From positions 95,300 to 159,299 of the forward strand of contig CAXXKO010000016.1 of NCBI GenBank assembly GCA_963666705.2: 64,000 bases of DNA, given 5' to 3'. The position numbers and the translations under genes are program-made. How positions within the stretch are numbered: position 1 is the stretch's first letter; each line of letters begins with the position of its first letter. The DNA comes from Alphaproteobacteria bacterium (lineage in GTDB: Bacteria > Pseudomonadota > Alphaproteobacteria > CADEGL01). Shown piece after piece: positions 1-10,076 of this stretch. The notes below the pieces were generated by a model. The model saw only the letters and a program-made list of their open reading frames with translations. It did not search any database and had not been told where the DNA came from.

Positions 1-865
1 CGAGCCGCGGCCGCCAGCACATCTGTACCCCGTCCCACCAATGGTCGCAGCCGAGCGCCATGGTGACGTGGGTGTTGGGGATCACCCCTTCATGGAGCAG
101 GACGAGGCCGGTCTCGATGCGCCCGGGCGCCCCGCCGGCGGTGAAGGCGATGGCCTCGCACGCCCCCTGCCCCTCGATGGCGAGGCCTCTCGCCTCGCGG
201 ATGCGCTCGACCCCCGCCCGGCGGAGGTCGCGGAGCCAGCCCCAGCCGCGCGCCAGCAGCCCACTCTCGAGCGCGAGCGCCGGCGCGTGGGGGAGGGCCG
301 CGAGCTGGTTGCGGCGCGGCGTCGTCTCGACGAGGGCACGAATGGAGGCGCCCGCCTCGAGATACTGCCAGGCCAGGAGGTAGAGGAGCGGGCCGCCGCC
401 GGCCAGCACCACCGGCTCCGCGGGCACGAGGGACGCGGTCTTGAGCAGGATCTGGGCCGCGCCCACGGTCATGACGCCGGGGAGCGTCCAGCCCGGGATG
501 GGTACCGGCCGCTCCATGGCCCCGGTCGCCAGGATCACCTGGCCCGCGGTGGCCTGCTCGGCCGCACCCGCGCGCGAGAACCCTATCTCCCGCGCCCCGT
601 TCAGGTCCCAGACGGTGGTGCCGGGCAGGTATTCGATATCCGCGGCATGGAAGCGCTCGACGAGCGCCATGCCCTCGGCGTGGTCCGGGCCCAGGGCCGC
701 CGCGAGGCCGGGCGCCGGGCGGGCGGCGTGGCGGTAGACCTGGCCGCCCGGCCGCGGCTGCTCGTCGAGGACGGCGACGCGGAGGCCGAGGCGGGCACCC
801 TCCAAGGCCGCCGCCATGCCGGCCGGGCCGGCGCCGACGATGGCCAGGTCCCAGTGGCGCTTCAC
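1..865 (-). CDS. FAD/NAD(P)-binding oxidoreductase, HcnB/opine oxidase subunit A-like (3' part outside window)
   Basis: Not in the ORF track; the minus strand from GTG at 865 reads VKRHWDLAIVGAGPAGMAAA (Rossmann motif), later LATGAMERPVPIPGW; GTGA overlap with the upstream 2Fe-2S gene. Confidence 0.8.
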   Translation of the reverse strand, partial: MKRHWDLAIVGAGPAGMAAALEGARLGLRVAVLDEQPRPGGQVYRHAARPAPGLAAALGPDHAEGMALVERFHAADIEYLPGTTVWDLNGAREIGFSRAGAAEQATAGQVILATGAMERPVPIPGWTLPGVMTVGAAQILLKTASLVPAEPVVLAGGGPLLYLLAWQYLEAGASIRALVETTPRRNQLAALPHAPALALESGLLARGWGWLRDLRRAGVERIREARGLAIEGQGACEAIAFTAGGAPGRIETGLVLLHEGVIPNTHVTMALGCDHWWDGVQMCWRPRL

Positions 866-1161
866 AGCGGCGCCTTCCGCGCGCCCGCCTGGTGGGCGAC
901 GCGCATGCCGCCCCGCACCTCCTCCATGCAGGCCTGGCGGTTGGGAATGCCGTCGATCTCCACGAGGCAGTCGAAGCACACGCCCATCATGCAGTAGGGC
1001 GCGCGCGCGGCGCCCGAGACCGGCGTCGTCCGCATGGGCATGAGCCCGGTCTGGAAGAGGGCCGCCGCCACGCTCAGGCCAGCGGGCACCGTGACGGCCT
1101 CGCCATCGATGGTGAGCGTCACTTGGGGCTCGTCCCGCTCAGGTGCGAGGCGCCTGAACAT
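862..1161 (-). CDS. (2Fe-2S)-binding protein, HcnA/opine oxidase small subunit-like
   Basis: CMMGVCFDC...C iron-sulfur motif; start at MFRRLAPE. Confidence 0.85.
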   Translation of the reverse strand: MFRRLAPERDEPQVTLTIDGEAVTVPAGLSVAAALFQTGLMPMRTTPVSGAARAPYCMMGVCFDCLVEIDGIPNRQACMEEVRGGMRVAHQAGARKAPL

Positions 1162-2272
1162 CGAACCTCTTGGGGTGGAGCTTGGCGATGGCCTCGGGCC
1201 TGTCGGCGCCCATGATCCAGCCGCCGAGCTCGCGCGCATGGGCGGCGGCGAGGGTTACGCCCGAGTGGCAGGCGGCGACGAAGGCGCCGGGGCAGGCCTC
1301 GGACTCGGCGTAGATGGGCAGGCCGTCGGGCGAGAGCACGCGCAGCGCACCCCAGGCGCGCACCACCTGGATGTCCCGGAGGATGGGGAAGCTCGCCACC
1401 GCGCGGGCGGCGATGTCGGTGATGGTGGCCGCGGTGGTGCCGGTATCGAACCCTACATCCTCCTTCGAATCGCCCATCAGTAGGCTGCCCTCGGCCGTCT
1501 GGCGCACGTTCTGGGTGGGGAGGTCGAGGAACGGGGCGACGCGCTCGGTGACCAGGATCTGGCCGCGCTCGGGGTGGAGCGGGATTTGGAGGCCGACCAT
1601 CCCGGCGAGGCGCGGGGTGCCGTTGCCGGCCGCGATCACGAGGCGCGGGGCATGCAGGTCCGCCGCGTCCGTCCGCACCCGGAAGGTCCCGCCCGCGTGG
1701 GTGATCTCGCCGACCGGCGGGCCCGGCCTATAGACCCCGCCCCTGGCCGTGAAGCCGGCCTGGAGGGCGCGCAGGGTGAAGAGCGGGTTGGCGGTGCCGT
1801 CATAGGGCGTGAAGGAGGCGCCGTAGACGGCGGGGCCGATCGCGGGCAGGCGCCGGCGCAGCTCCGGGCCCGTCACCATCTCGTATTCGAAGCCGTCGTT
1901 GCCGGCGTCGCGGCGGTGGCGCTCCATCATGGCGCGGCGGTCGAGGAACTCGGCCTCGCTCAGGCACAGGGTGAAGCCGCCCTTGCGCTCGTGATGGGTA
2001 TCGGCGCCGACTGCTTCGAGGAGCTCGGCCGCGAGTCCCGGCCAGCGGTCGGCCGACATGCGCGTCCAGCGCGTGTAGTGAGGCGCGCCGTCGCCCTTGC
2101 TCTGCACCCAGACGAGACCGAAATTGCCGCGCGCGGCGCGAAAGGCGCGGTCGCCCTCGTCGAGCAGCATGACGCGCGAGGCATGCCGCGTAAGCCCATA
2201 GGCGATGGCCGAGCCCACCAGCCCGCCGCCGATGACGATGACGTCCGCGTTCGCTGTTCGATGATTCACCAT
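1139..2272 (-). CDS. DAO-family FAD-dependent oxidoreductase, HcnC/opine oxidase subunit B-like
   Basis: VIVIGGGLVG, RGNFGLVWVQSKG, PDGLP, HSGVTLA motifs; in an operon with the 2Fe-2S and FAD/NAD genes. Confidence 0.85.
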   Translation of the reverse strand: MVNHRTANADVIVIGGGLVGSAIAYGLTRHASRVMLLDEGDRAFRAARGNFGLVWVQSKGDGAPHYTRWTRMSADRWPGLAAELLEAVGADTHHERKGGFTLCLSEAEFLDRRAMMERHRRDAGNDGFEYEMVTGPELRRRLPAIGPAVYGASFTPYDGTANPLFTLRALQAGFTARGGVYRPGPPVGEITHAGGTFRVRTDAADLHAPRLVIAAGNGTPRLAGMVGLQIPLHPERGQILVTERVAPFLDLPTQNVRQTAEGSLLMGDSKEDVGFDTGTTAATITDIAARAVASFPILRDIQVVRAWGALRVLSPDGLPIYAESEACPGAFVAACHSGVTLAAAHARELGGWIMGADRPEAIAKLHPKRFDVQAPRT

Positions 2273-2380
2273 GGTTCGGAGGCAAGATAGTCGAAGCGCC
2301 GGACGGGCGCCATTGTGTCCGTGCAATACGAGCAAACGATAGATGCGAGACTGCTTGAACAACCACAATTCACCGACTAT

Positions 2381-2414
2381 GTAACCAATCAGGTGACGAT
2401 ACCAAGACGGTTAC
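2381..2414. promoter_or_regulatory. Two adjacent imperfect palindromes, probable HigA operators
   Basis: GTAACC-N5-GGTGAC (2381-2397) and GATACC-N5-GGTTAC (2398-2414) just upstream of higB. Confidence 0.5.
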
Positions 2415-2439
2415 ACTCATCCAGCGTGTCGCGGTCCGA

Positions 2440-2718
2440 ATGGCGATCAGAAATTTCCGGCACGAGGGCCTTGAGGAGTTGTTCGAGAAGGGCGCGACTG
2501 GAAAGATCGGTCGCCGGTTTCACAAGCGGCTTATCCAACTCATGGATATCCTCGATGCGGCGGTTGCGATCCAGGATCTCGTTGGCGTCAGCGATTTCCA
2601 TACACTCAAGGGCGATCGCAAGGATGAGCATTCGATGCATGTTAACGGCAATTGGGTCATCACCTTCAAGTTCGAGAGCGGCGAGGTTCTCGACCTCGGA
2701 TTCGAGGACTACCATTGA
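2440..2718 (+). CDS. higB: HigB-type RelE-family toxin
   Basis: MAIRNFRHEGLEELF...FHTLKGDRK..HSMHVNGNWVITFKF....VLDLGFEDYH, the typical HigB pattern; toxin-first order. Confidence 0.88.
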   Translation: MAIRNFRHEGLEELFEKGATGKIGRRFHKRLIQLMDILDAAVAIQDLVGVSDFHTLKGDRKDEHSMHVNGNWVITFKFESGEVLDLGFEDYH

Positions 2719-2744
2719 TATCGAGAGCGGACGGAGGAAAAGCG

Positions 2745-3053
2745 ATGCCCAAGCGCGAGAGGCGCCCGACCCCGCCGGGGGAAATTCTCCGGGAATTTTA
2801 CTTGCAGCCGCGAGGCCTTAGCGTATCCCGTTTTGCACGCGCGGCGGATCTGACGCGAAAGCACGTCAGCAACATCGTCAACGGACGGGCTTCGATCACG
2901 TCGGAGACAGCCGTCAGGTTCGCCGAGGTTCTAAAGACCACGCCACAATTCTGGCTCAATCTCCAGAACGCAGTGGACCTGTTCGATGCCCGGCGCAAGC
3001 TGGGGACCTGGCGGCCCGCCGAAACGCACGCCTCGGGCACCGCAACCGACTAG
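2745..3053 (+). CDS. higA: HigA-type XRE/HTH antitoxin
   Basis: PTPPGEILREFYL, HTH, TTPQFWLNLQNAVDL; GGAGG RBS upstream. Confidence 0.9.
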   Translation: MPKRERRPTPPGEILREFYLQPRGLSVSRFARAADLTRKHVSNIVNGRASITSETAVRFAEVLKTTPQFWLNLQNAVDLFDARRKLGTWRPAETHASGTATD

Positions 3054-3075
3054 TGGTTCGAGTCTGACGCTTGGA

Positions 3076-3200
3076 ACCCTCTCCCCACCGGGGAGAGGGT
3101 GGGGCGAGCAGCGCACCGGGTGAGGGCGTGGCCGCCGGCAGGCGGCGGAAAGTCTCTTATAACGCGCCGACGCGCGCCCCCCACCCCGACCCTCTCCCCA
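3076..3200. repeat. REP-like hairpin doublet (CCCTCTCCCC/GGGGAGAGGG); second hairpin split by IS481
   Basis: Perfect 11-bp stem at 3076-3100; second left arm at 3190-3199 with its right arm displaced to 4588-4597. Confidence 0.7.
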
Positions 3201-4581
3201 TGTACAGACCGGAGACATAGCTGACAGGTGTTCGGAGACATGGTTGACACTTTCCCGGTCCCTGGCGGATTGGGGAAGGATTGGATCATGGTCTGGCGGG
3301 AGCGGTTGGTGATGGATCTGCGAGAGGAGTTTGTGGGTCTGGCGGGAAGCGCGGGGGCGAACCGGCGTGAGCTGTGCCGTCGGTTCGGGATCAGCGCCCA
3401 GACCGGCTACAAATGGCTGCGGCGGCACGCGGCCGAGGGGCGGGAGGGCTTGGCCGACCGCTCGCGGCGGCCGCGGACGAGCCCGGGGCGTGTGGCGCCG
3501 GTGCTCGAGGCGGCGGTGCTCGCGGTGCGGGCCGACAGCAACCAGGCGTGGGGCGGCCGCAAGATCCGGCGGCGGCTCCAGGACCTCGGCCACGCGGCGG
3601 TGCCGAGCGCCAGTACGATCACCGAGATCCTGCGCCGCCACGACAAGCTGGACGCGGCGGCGGCCGGGCCGGCGCGCTGGTGCCGGTTCGAGCGCGCCGG
3701 CCCGAACGAGCTGTGGCAGATGGACTTCAAGGGCCACTTCGCGACCGTGGCCGGGCGCTGCCATCCCTTGACGGTGCTCGACGACCACGCGCGCTACGCG
3801 CTCGGGCTCGCCGCCTGCGCCGACGAGCGCGCGGAGACGGTGCGCGAGCGGCTGAGCGCCATCTTCCGGCGCTACGGGCTGCCCGAGGCGATGCTGATGG
3901 ACAACGGCGCGCCGTGGGGCGACGCCGGCGGCCAGCCCTACACCGTGCTCACCGTGTGGCTGATGCGGCTCGGCATCCGCATCGCCCACTGCCGCCCCTA
4001 CCATCCCCAGACCCAAGGCAAGGACGAGCGCTTCCACCGCACATTGGCGGCCGAGGTCCTGGCCGGGCGCCGCTTCGCCGATCTCGGCGAGTGCCAGGGC
4101 GCATTCTCGCGCTGGCGCCACGTCTACAACCACCAGCGCCCGCACGAGGCCCTCGATCTCGACGTGCCGGCGCGCCGCTACCGCCCCAGCGCGGTCGCCT
4201 TCCCGGAGACGCCGCCCGAGATCGCATACGGTCCCGGCGATAGGGTGCGCAAGGTCCAGAGCGGCGGCATGGTCAGCTTCCAGGGCCGCCAGTTCCGCAT
4301 CTCCAAGGCGTTCAAGGGACAGCCCATCGCCCTGTGCCCGAGCGCCGTCGACGGCGTGTTCACGGTGCGCTTCGGCGCCAACACCATCGCCCATATCGAC
4401 TTCCGAAAAGCGCCCGCCGAGACACGAGCCGCCTGTGGATTTGATGGATATCGCTGGCGCGATACCCACAACCCCACAGGCACAACAACCGCAAAACAGG
4501 ATTGATCTGGTATTGAAGTGCAGCATCCGAGGTGTCAACCATGTCCCCGAACACCCGTCAACCATGTCCCCGGTCTATACA
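3201..4581 (+). mobile_element. IS481-family insertion sequence
   Basis: TGT...ACA termini; 50-bp terminal inverted repeats (44/50 by manual comparison) with internally repeated GACATGGTTGAC-like units; flanked by CCA on both sides. Confidence 0.9.
3288..4505 (+). CDS. IS481-family DDE transposase
   Basis: HTH N-terminus, PNELWQMDFKG, LDDHARY, MDNG, HPQTQGKDERFHRTL, YNHQRPHEAL. Confidence 0.92.
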   Translation: MVWRERLVMDLREEFVGLAGSAGANRRELCRRFGISAQTGYKWLRRHAAEGREGLADRSRRPRTSPGRVAPVLEAAVLAVRADSNQAWGGRKIRRRLQDLGHAAVPSASTITEILRRHDKLDAAAAGPARWCRFERAGPNELWQMDFKGHFATVAGRCHPLTVLDDHARYALGLAACADERAETVRERLSAIFRRYGLPEAMLMDNGAPWGDAGGQPYTVLTVWLMRLGIRIAHCRPYHPQTQGKDERFHRTLAAEVLAGRRFADLGECQGAFSRWRHVYNHQRPHEALDLDVPARRYRPSAVAFPETPPEIAYGPGDRVRKVQSGGMVSFQGRQFRISKAFKGQPIALCPSAVDGVFTVRFGANTIAHIDFRKAPAETRAACGFDGYRWRDTHNPTGTTTAKQD

Positions 4582-4795
4582 CCACAAGGGGAGAGGGGGA
4601 TTCTTTCGTCGCGTTCAATCCACTAGGTTCGGCGAGACGCTCATCGCCGGTCGTCAGACCAAATCGGGGCGGCATGAAGACTACCGCCCGTTCCTGCGCC
4701 ATCCCCATCGCGCGGCCATTGACGTGGGCGGTGTGGGGCGTAACCTCCCGGGTCTGAGAGAGGTTCGGGCAACCACGCGAGAAAGGAGCCAGGGG

Positions 4796-5578
4796 ATGAA
4801 CGCGAAACTCGCCGCCGTGGCGGATCGGTCCTTGAAGGGTCATGTCAGCGACGCCGAATGGGAATCCAGGATCGACCTCGCGGCCTGCTACCGGCTCGTG
4901 GCCCATTACGGCATGACCGACCTGACGGCGCTGCACATCTCGGCGCGCCTGCCGGACGCGCCGGACCAGTTCCTGCTCAACCCCTACGGCCTCCTGTTCG
5001 AGGAGATCACGGCGTCCAGCCTCGTCAAGCTGGATATGGACGGCAACATCCTCGACGACACGCCCTACGGCCTCAACATGGCCGGCCACTGCATCCATTC
5101 GGCCGTCCTCATGGCCCGGCCCGACGTGGCCTGCGCAATCCACACCCACACGCCGGCGGGCATCGCCATCTCGGCTCAGAAGGTCGGGCTGCTCATGCTC
5201 TCGCAGACGGCGCTCCGCTTCCACGGCCACATCGCCTATCACGATTACGAGGGCATCGCGACCGACCTCGAGGAGCGCGAGCGCCTGGCCCGGGACCTGG
5301 GCGGGGCCAGCGCCCTCGTCATGCGCAACCACGGCCTCCTGGTGGCCGGGCGGACGGTGGCCGAGGCCTTCACCCTGATCAGCGAGCTCGAGCGCGCCTG
5401 CGTCTCGCAGATCCAGGCCCAGTCGGGCGGCGCCGAGCTGATCGTGGTCTCCCAGGACCTGGCCGACCACACGGCCGCGCAGTACAAGGCCTTCTACCAC
5501 AACAAGCCGGCGGGGGAGAGCGGCTGGCCCGCCTTGATGCGCAAGATGGACAGGCTCGACCCCAGCTATCGGACCTGA
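4796..5578 (+). CDS. Class II aldolase/adducin family protein
   Basis: RIDLAACYRL, FLLNPYGLLFEEITASSLVK, IHSAV...HTHT, MRNHGLL. Confidence 0.9.
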   Translation: MNAKLAAVADRSLKGHVSDAEWESRIDLAACYRLVAHYGMTDLTALHISARLPDAPDQFLLNPYGLLFEEITASSLVKLDMDGNILDDTPYGLNMAGHCIHSAVLMARPDVACAIHTHTPAGIAISAQKVGLLMLSQTALRFHGHIAYHDYEGIATDLEERERLARDLGGASALVMRNHGLLVAGRTVAEAFTLISELERACVSQIQAQSGGAELIVVSQDLADHTAAQYKAFYHNKPAGESGWPALMRKMDRLDPSYRT

Positions 5579-5585
5579 GCGCGCC

Positions 5586-6596
5586 ATGGAATACCGCCGG
5601 CTCGGCCGCAGCGGGCTCCGGGTCTCGCCCCTCTGCCTCGGCACCATGCTGTTCGGCGCCCAGACGAGCGAGGCGACGGCGCGGCGCATGCTCGACCTCG
5701 CGCGCGCGGCGGGCGTCAACTTCATCGACACCGCCGACCAGTACGTGCACGGCCGGTCGGAGGAGATCGTCGGCAAGCTGGTGGCCAAGGACCGCGGCGA
5801 CTGGGTCATCGCCACCAAGGTCGGCACGGTGTGGAGCGAGCGCCCCAACGAGTCCGGCACCGGGCGCGCCTGGATCATGCGCCAGGTCGAGGCGAGCCTG
5901 GCCCGCCTGGGCACCGACTACATCGATATATACTACACCCATGTCGACGACCAGGGCACGCCGGTCGAGGAGACCGTACGCGCCATGGGCGACCTGATCG
6001 GTGCCGGCAAGGTGCGCCATTTCGGCATCAGCAACTACCGCGGCTGGCGCATCGCGCTGATAGCCGAGGCCTGCGACCGCCTCGGCGTGCCCCGGCCCGT
6101 CGTGTGCCAGCCCTACTACAACGCCATGAACCGCATGCCCGAGGTGGAGGTGCTGCCCGCCTGCGGCCATTACGGCATCGGCGTCGCCCCCTACAGCCCC
6201 ATCGCCCGCGGCGTCCTCACCGGCAAGTACCCGACCGCCGGCGCGCCGCCCAAGGGCACCCGCGCTGGGCGCGGGGATGCGCGCATCATGAGTTCGGAAT
6301 ACCGCCCCGAATCCCTCGCCATAGCCCAGATCATCAAGGCGCACGCCGAGCGCCGGGGCATGACGGCGGCCCAGTTCGCGGTCCTCTGGGTGCTCGACAA
6401 CAAGCTGGTCACCTCGGCCATCGCGGGGCCGCGCACAACTTCCCAGTGGAAGGAGTATCTGGGCGCCCTCGACCATACTTTCGAGGCCGGGGACGAGGCG
6501 CTCATCGACACCCTCGTGCCCCCCGGCCATCCCTCGACCCCCGGCTACACGGACCCCTCCTACCCCATCACTGGCCGCCCCACCTGGGCGGGATGA
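5586..6596 (+). CDS. Aldo/keto reductase
   Basis: MEYRRLGRSGLRVSPLCLGTM, FIDTADQY, IATK, SLARLGTDYIDIYY. Confidence 0.92.
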   Translation: MEYRRLGRSGLRVSPLCLGTMLFGAQTSEATARRMLDLARAAGVNFIDTADQYVHGRSEEIVGKLVAKDRGDWVIATKVGTVWSERPNESGTGRAWIMRQVEASLARLGTDYIDIYYTHVDDQGTPVEETVRAMGDLIGAGKVRHFGISNYRGWRIALIAEACDRLGVPRPVVCQPYYNAMNRMPEVEVLPACGHYGIGVAPYSPIARGVLTGKYPTAGAPPKGTRAGRGDARIMSSEYRPESLAIAQIIKAHAERRGMTAAQFAVLWVLDNKLVTSAIAGPRTTSQWKEYLGALDHTFEAGDEALIDTLVPPGHPSTPGYTDPSYPITGRPTWAG

Positions 6597-8308
6597 TCGA
6601 GCCCTTGGCCGCCGGCTCCGGCGCCGCGCGCCCCAACCTCTCCGCCGCCGCCCTCGCCGCGGCGCTTGCACGCCACGGCGTCACCCTCACCTTCGGCCAG
6701 AGCATCCCCAGCGCCTTCCACCTGGCCGCCGCCGACATCGGCATCCGCCAGATCGGCTACCGTACCGAGAACGCGGGGGCCGCCATGGCCGACGGCTACG
6801 CCCGCATCGCCAACCGCGTCGCCGTGGTGACGGCCCAGAACGGGCCGGCGGCGACCCTGCTCGTCCCCGGCCTGGCCGAGGCCTACAAGGCATCGGTCCC
6901 CGTCCTCGCCATCGTCCAGGACGTGGCGCGCGCCACCGTCGACCGCAACGCGTTTCAGGAGATCGACCATTTCGACCTGTTCCGCGCGTGCGCCAAGTGG
7001 GTGCGCCGGGTCGCGGTGGCGGACCGTATCGACGATTACGTGGACATGGCCTTCGCGGCGGCGTCGAGCGGGCGGCCGGGGCCGGCCGTCCTCCTCTGCC
7101 CCGTGGACATGCTGGGTGACGCGGTCGCGACCGGCGGGCACAGGACGGCGCGGCTCGGCCACTCGCCGCTCGACCCGGCAATCGCCGACCCCGAGCGCAT
7201 CGAAGCGGCGGCCGCGCTGCTGGCCGGGGCCGAGCGCCCGCTCGTCATCGCCGGCGGCGGCTGCCACCTCTCGGGCGCGCAAGGGGCGGTCGCGGGATTG
7301 CAGGAACGCACCTCCCTGCCGGTGGCGACGACCCTCATGGGCAAGGGCGTGGTGGACGAGCGCCACCCCCTGTCGCTGGGCGTGGTGGGCTACACCATGG
7401 GCCGGCTCGGCATGGCCCACCACCTGCGGCCCATGATCGAGGGCGCGGACGCGGTCCTCCTGATCGGCACCCGGACCAACCAGAACGGCACGGACTCCTG
7501 GTCCCTCCTGCCGCGCGAGGCGCGCCTCGTCCATCTCGACATCGACGGGGCCGAGGTCGGGCGCAACTACGAGGCCATGCGCCTCGTGGGCGACGCCCGG
7601 CTCACCCTCGAGGCGCTCTCGGAACGGCTCGACCGCATGGACCTGGGCAAGCGCCGGGCCGCGCGGCCGGCGGTCGAGCGCCGAATCGCGGCGGGGCGCG
7701 CGGCCCATGTTCGCGATGCGACGCCGGTCCTCGAATCGAATGCCGTGCCGATCCGGCCCGAACGCATGATGGCCGACGTGCGCGCGGTGCTCGAGCCCTC
7801 GACCATCACCGTCGCCGACGCCAGCTATGCCTCGGTCTGGGTCGGGAACTACCTCCACGCGCTCCGCCCCGGCATGCGCTTCCTCACCCCGCGCGGGCTC
7901 GCCGGCCTCGGCTGGGGCCTGCCCATGGCGCTCGGCGCCAAGCTCGCGGCGCCCGAGAGCGCGGTCCTGTGCTTCGTCGGCGACGGCGGCTTCGGCCATG
8001 TCTGGTCGGAGCTGGAAACGGCCCGGCGCATGGGCATCGAGGTCGTGGTGACGGTCTTCTCCAACCAGATCCTCGGCTTCCAGCGCGACGCCGAGGACAC
8101 GCGCTTCGGCCGCCACACGGACGCCATCTATTTCGAGCCCGTGGACCATGCCGGCATCGCGCGCGATTGCGGCTGCCTCGGTGTCCGCGTCGAGCGGCCG
8201 GAGGACTACGCCCCGGCCCTGGCCGCGGCCATGGCGGCCGAGCGCACCACGGTGATCGACGCCATTGTCGACCCCGACGCCAAGCCGCCGCTTACACTGT
8301 TTGAATAA
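6593..8308 (+). CDS. Thiamine-diphosphate enzyme, acetolactate synthase catalytic subunit-like
   Basis: RTENAGAAMADGYAR, GDGGF...SNQILG ThDP motif; ATGA overlap with the AKR gene. Confidence 0.85.
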   Translation: MIEPLAAGSGAARPNLSAAALAAALARHGVTLTFGQSIPSAFHLAAADIGIRQIGYRTENAGAAMADGYARIANRVAVVTAQNGPAATLLVPGLAEAYKASVPVLAIVQDVARATVDRNAFQEIDHFDLFRACAKWVRRVAVADRIDDYVDMAFAAASSGRPGPAVLLCPVDMLGDAVATGGHRTARLGHSPLDPAIADPERIEAAAALLAGAERPLVIAGGGCHLSGAQGAVAGLQERTSLPVATTLMGKGVVDERHPLSLGVVGYTMGRLGMAHHLRPMIEGADAVLLIGTRTNQNGTDSWSLLPREARLVHLDIDGAEVGRNYEAMRLVGDARLTLEALSERLDRMDLGKRRAARPAVERRIAAGRAAHVRDATPVLESNAVPIRPERMMADVRAVLEPSTITVADASYASVWVGNYLHALRPGMRFLTPRGLAGLGWGLPMALGAKLAAPESAVLCFVGDGGFGHVWSELETARRMGIEVVVTVFSNQILGFQRDAEDTRFGRHTDAIYFEPVDHAGIARDCGCLGVRVERPEDYAPALAAAMAAERTTVIDAIVDPDAKPPLTLFE

Positions 8309-8341
8309 GGGGGCGGGGCGGGGTCGCCCCCGCGCGGCGGC

Positions 8342-9916
8342 TCAGCCCTCGCCGCCCACGCCATGGAGATGGACAATGTGGGCGCGGTAGGCCTCGACCT
8401 CGGCATCGATGCGCGCTTCGTCCCAGCCCAGGATATCGGCCACCGTCTCGGCCGCCTTTTGCGCCCCTTCGCGGGCCATGGTCTCGGTCCAGCCGGCACC
8501 CACCCGCCGGAACAGGAGGTCCACAAGGGTCATGGGCTGCTCGCGCTCCGCCGCGTGGCGCAGGTCGCTGAGCGTGACGCCCCCCCAGTGGTTGAGGAGG
8601 GCGGGCGAATCCACGTCCTCGGGGAAGGGCTTGGCGGCATAGGAAATTTCCTGGCGCGCGCCCGATGGGGCGATGCGGCGGCCGACGGCGGCCGAGAGCT
8701 GGCGCCCGGCGAAGCGGTGGGACTGGATGGGTGAGGAGGTCATGGCGAAGGCGCCGGGCAAGCCGTCGGCGGCAAGATCGTGGAGGGTGTGGCCGCGCTT
8801 GCCCATGGGCTCGTCCGCATCGTAGGTGAGCGGGCGCACCCCGGCCCAGCTGAACAGCACGTCCGCGCGCTTCACGCCGGCGCCCGGCAGCAGGTGGTCG
8901 ATCTCGTGGATCAGGTGCTCGATCTCCGCCTCGGTCGCCTTCACGTCGTCGATATCGCCCTCGAAGGCCGTATCGGTGGGGCCGGCATAGTGCATGCCGC
9001 GCCAGGGGATGAGGTAGAAGGGCTCGCGCCCGGTCGTATGGGTGCAGACGCCGTAGGGCGCGCATTCGGGCGGCAGGCGGACCATGACGTGGCAGCCCTT
9101 GGTGCCCAGGATCTTGCGCCCGGCGGATGCGCTCCCCAGCCCGTTGACCCGGTCGGTCCAGACCCCGGCGGTGTTGAGCACGCATTTGGCCTCGACAACC
9201 GCCGCGGCGCCGACCTCGAAGCCGTCGCCGAGGGTTACGCGCCAGCCCCCGCCCGCGCGGTCGAGGCCGGTGACGGGCGTGTGATTGCGCGCGAGGGCAC
9301 CCATGCGCACGGCATCGAGAATGGTGTCGAGGGCGATGTGCTCGGGCCACTCGTAGCGGAACTCGCGCCAGGTCTGGACGCAGCGCAGCTTCGCGGGCTC
9401 GCGCAGCCATTCGAGGAGCGGCGTCTTGCTTGCCTCGGCCGCGCTCAAGCGCGCGGTGCCGAGCGGCACGCCGCCCTTGGGGGCCAGGGACGCGACCAGG
9501 CGGAGCCCGAGCCCCACATGCCAGGGACTGTAGGGGCCGTCCTCGTAGACCGGGAAGCAGAAGGTGAAGCCGTGCAGCCGCTCGGGCATGGTGGTGGAGA
9601 GCTCCGTACGCGCGGCCATGGCGTCGCGCGCCCGGCCCAGGTTGCGCAGGAAGTTGCGCGGGCGGAAAAGCGGCTCCCAGACCGAGGGCTCGCGGTAGCC
9701 GAGCCCCTCGCCCGGCTCGAGGAAGCGCAGCCCGCAATGGAGCAGGCGGCTCGACCGGCTGCTCGCCCCGCTCGCAAAATCGCCCTTGTCGACGATGAGA
9801 ACGCTGTAGCCCTCCGCCGCCAGGTGCTGGGCGGCGCTGATCCCGCTGACCCCGGCGCCGACGATGGCCACGTCGAACGCGCGGCCATCGAGCTCGTCGA
9901 GTGGCATGCGCTGCAT
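8342..9916 (-). CDS. GlpD-like FAD-dependent oxidoreductase (paralog 3)
   Basis: GAGVSG, SSRSSRLLHCGLRFL, SWAGVRPL, DLLFRRVGAGW. Confidence 0.85.
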   Translation of the reverse strand: MQRMPLDELDGRAFDVAIVGAGVSGISAAQHLAAEGYSVLIVDKGDFASGASSRSSRLLHCGLRFLEPGEGLGYREPSVWEPLFRPRNFLRNLGRARDAMAARTELSTTMPERLHGFTFCFPVYEDGPYSPWHVGLGLRLVASLAPKGGVPLGTARLSAAEASKTPLLEWLREPAKLRCVQTWREFRYEWPEHIALDTILDAVRMGALARNHTPVTGLDRAGGGWRVTLGDGFEVGAAAVVEAKCVLNTAGVWTDRVNGLGSASAGRKILGTKGCHVMVRLPPECAPYGVCTHTTGREPFYLIPWRGMHYAGPTDTAFEGDIDDVKATEAEIEHLIHEIDHLLPGAGVKRADVLFSWAGVRPLTYDADEPMGKRGHTLHDLAADGLPGAFAMTSSPIQSHRFAGRQLSAAVGRRIAPSGARQEISYAAKPFPEDVDSPALLNHWGGVTLSDLRHAAEREQPMTLVDLLFRRVGAGWTETMAREGAQKAAETVADILGWDEARIDAEVEAYRAHIVHLHGVGGEG

Positions 9917-9990
9917 CTTAGGCTCCCTCTCGAATTCAGGCGGTAACGAGCCTGGGCCCGCTTCCGAGATTACCCACCCCGGGCCCCACC

Positions 9991-10035
9991 CTTCGACAAG
10001 CTCAGTGTGAGGCCCTCATGCTGAGCCTGTCGAAG
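9991..10035. repeat. REP-like palindrome CTTCGACAAGCTCAG...CTGAGCCTGTCGAAG
   Basis: 15-bp near-perfect inverted repeat between two GlpD-like genes. Confidence 0.65.
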
Positions 10036-10076
10036 TATGAGGGCCGACGGTGTGACTCTCCGTTTCATGCCGTCAA

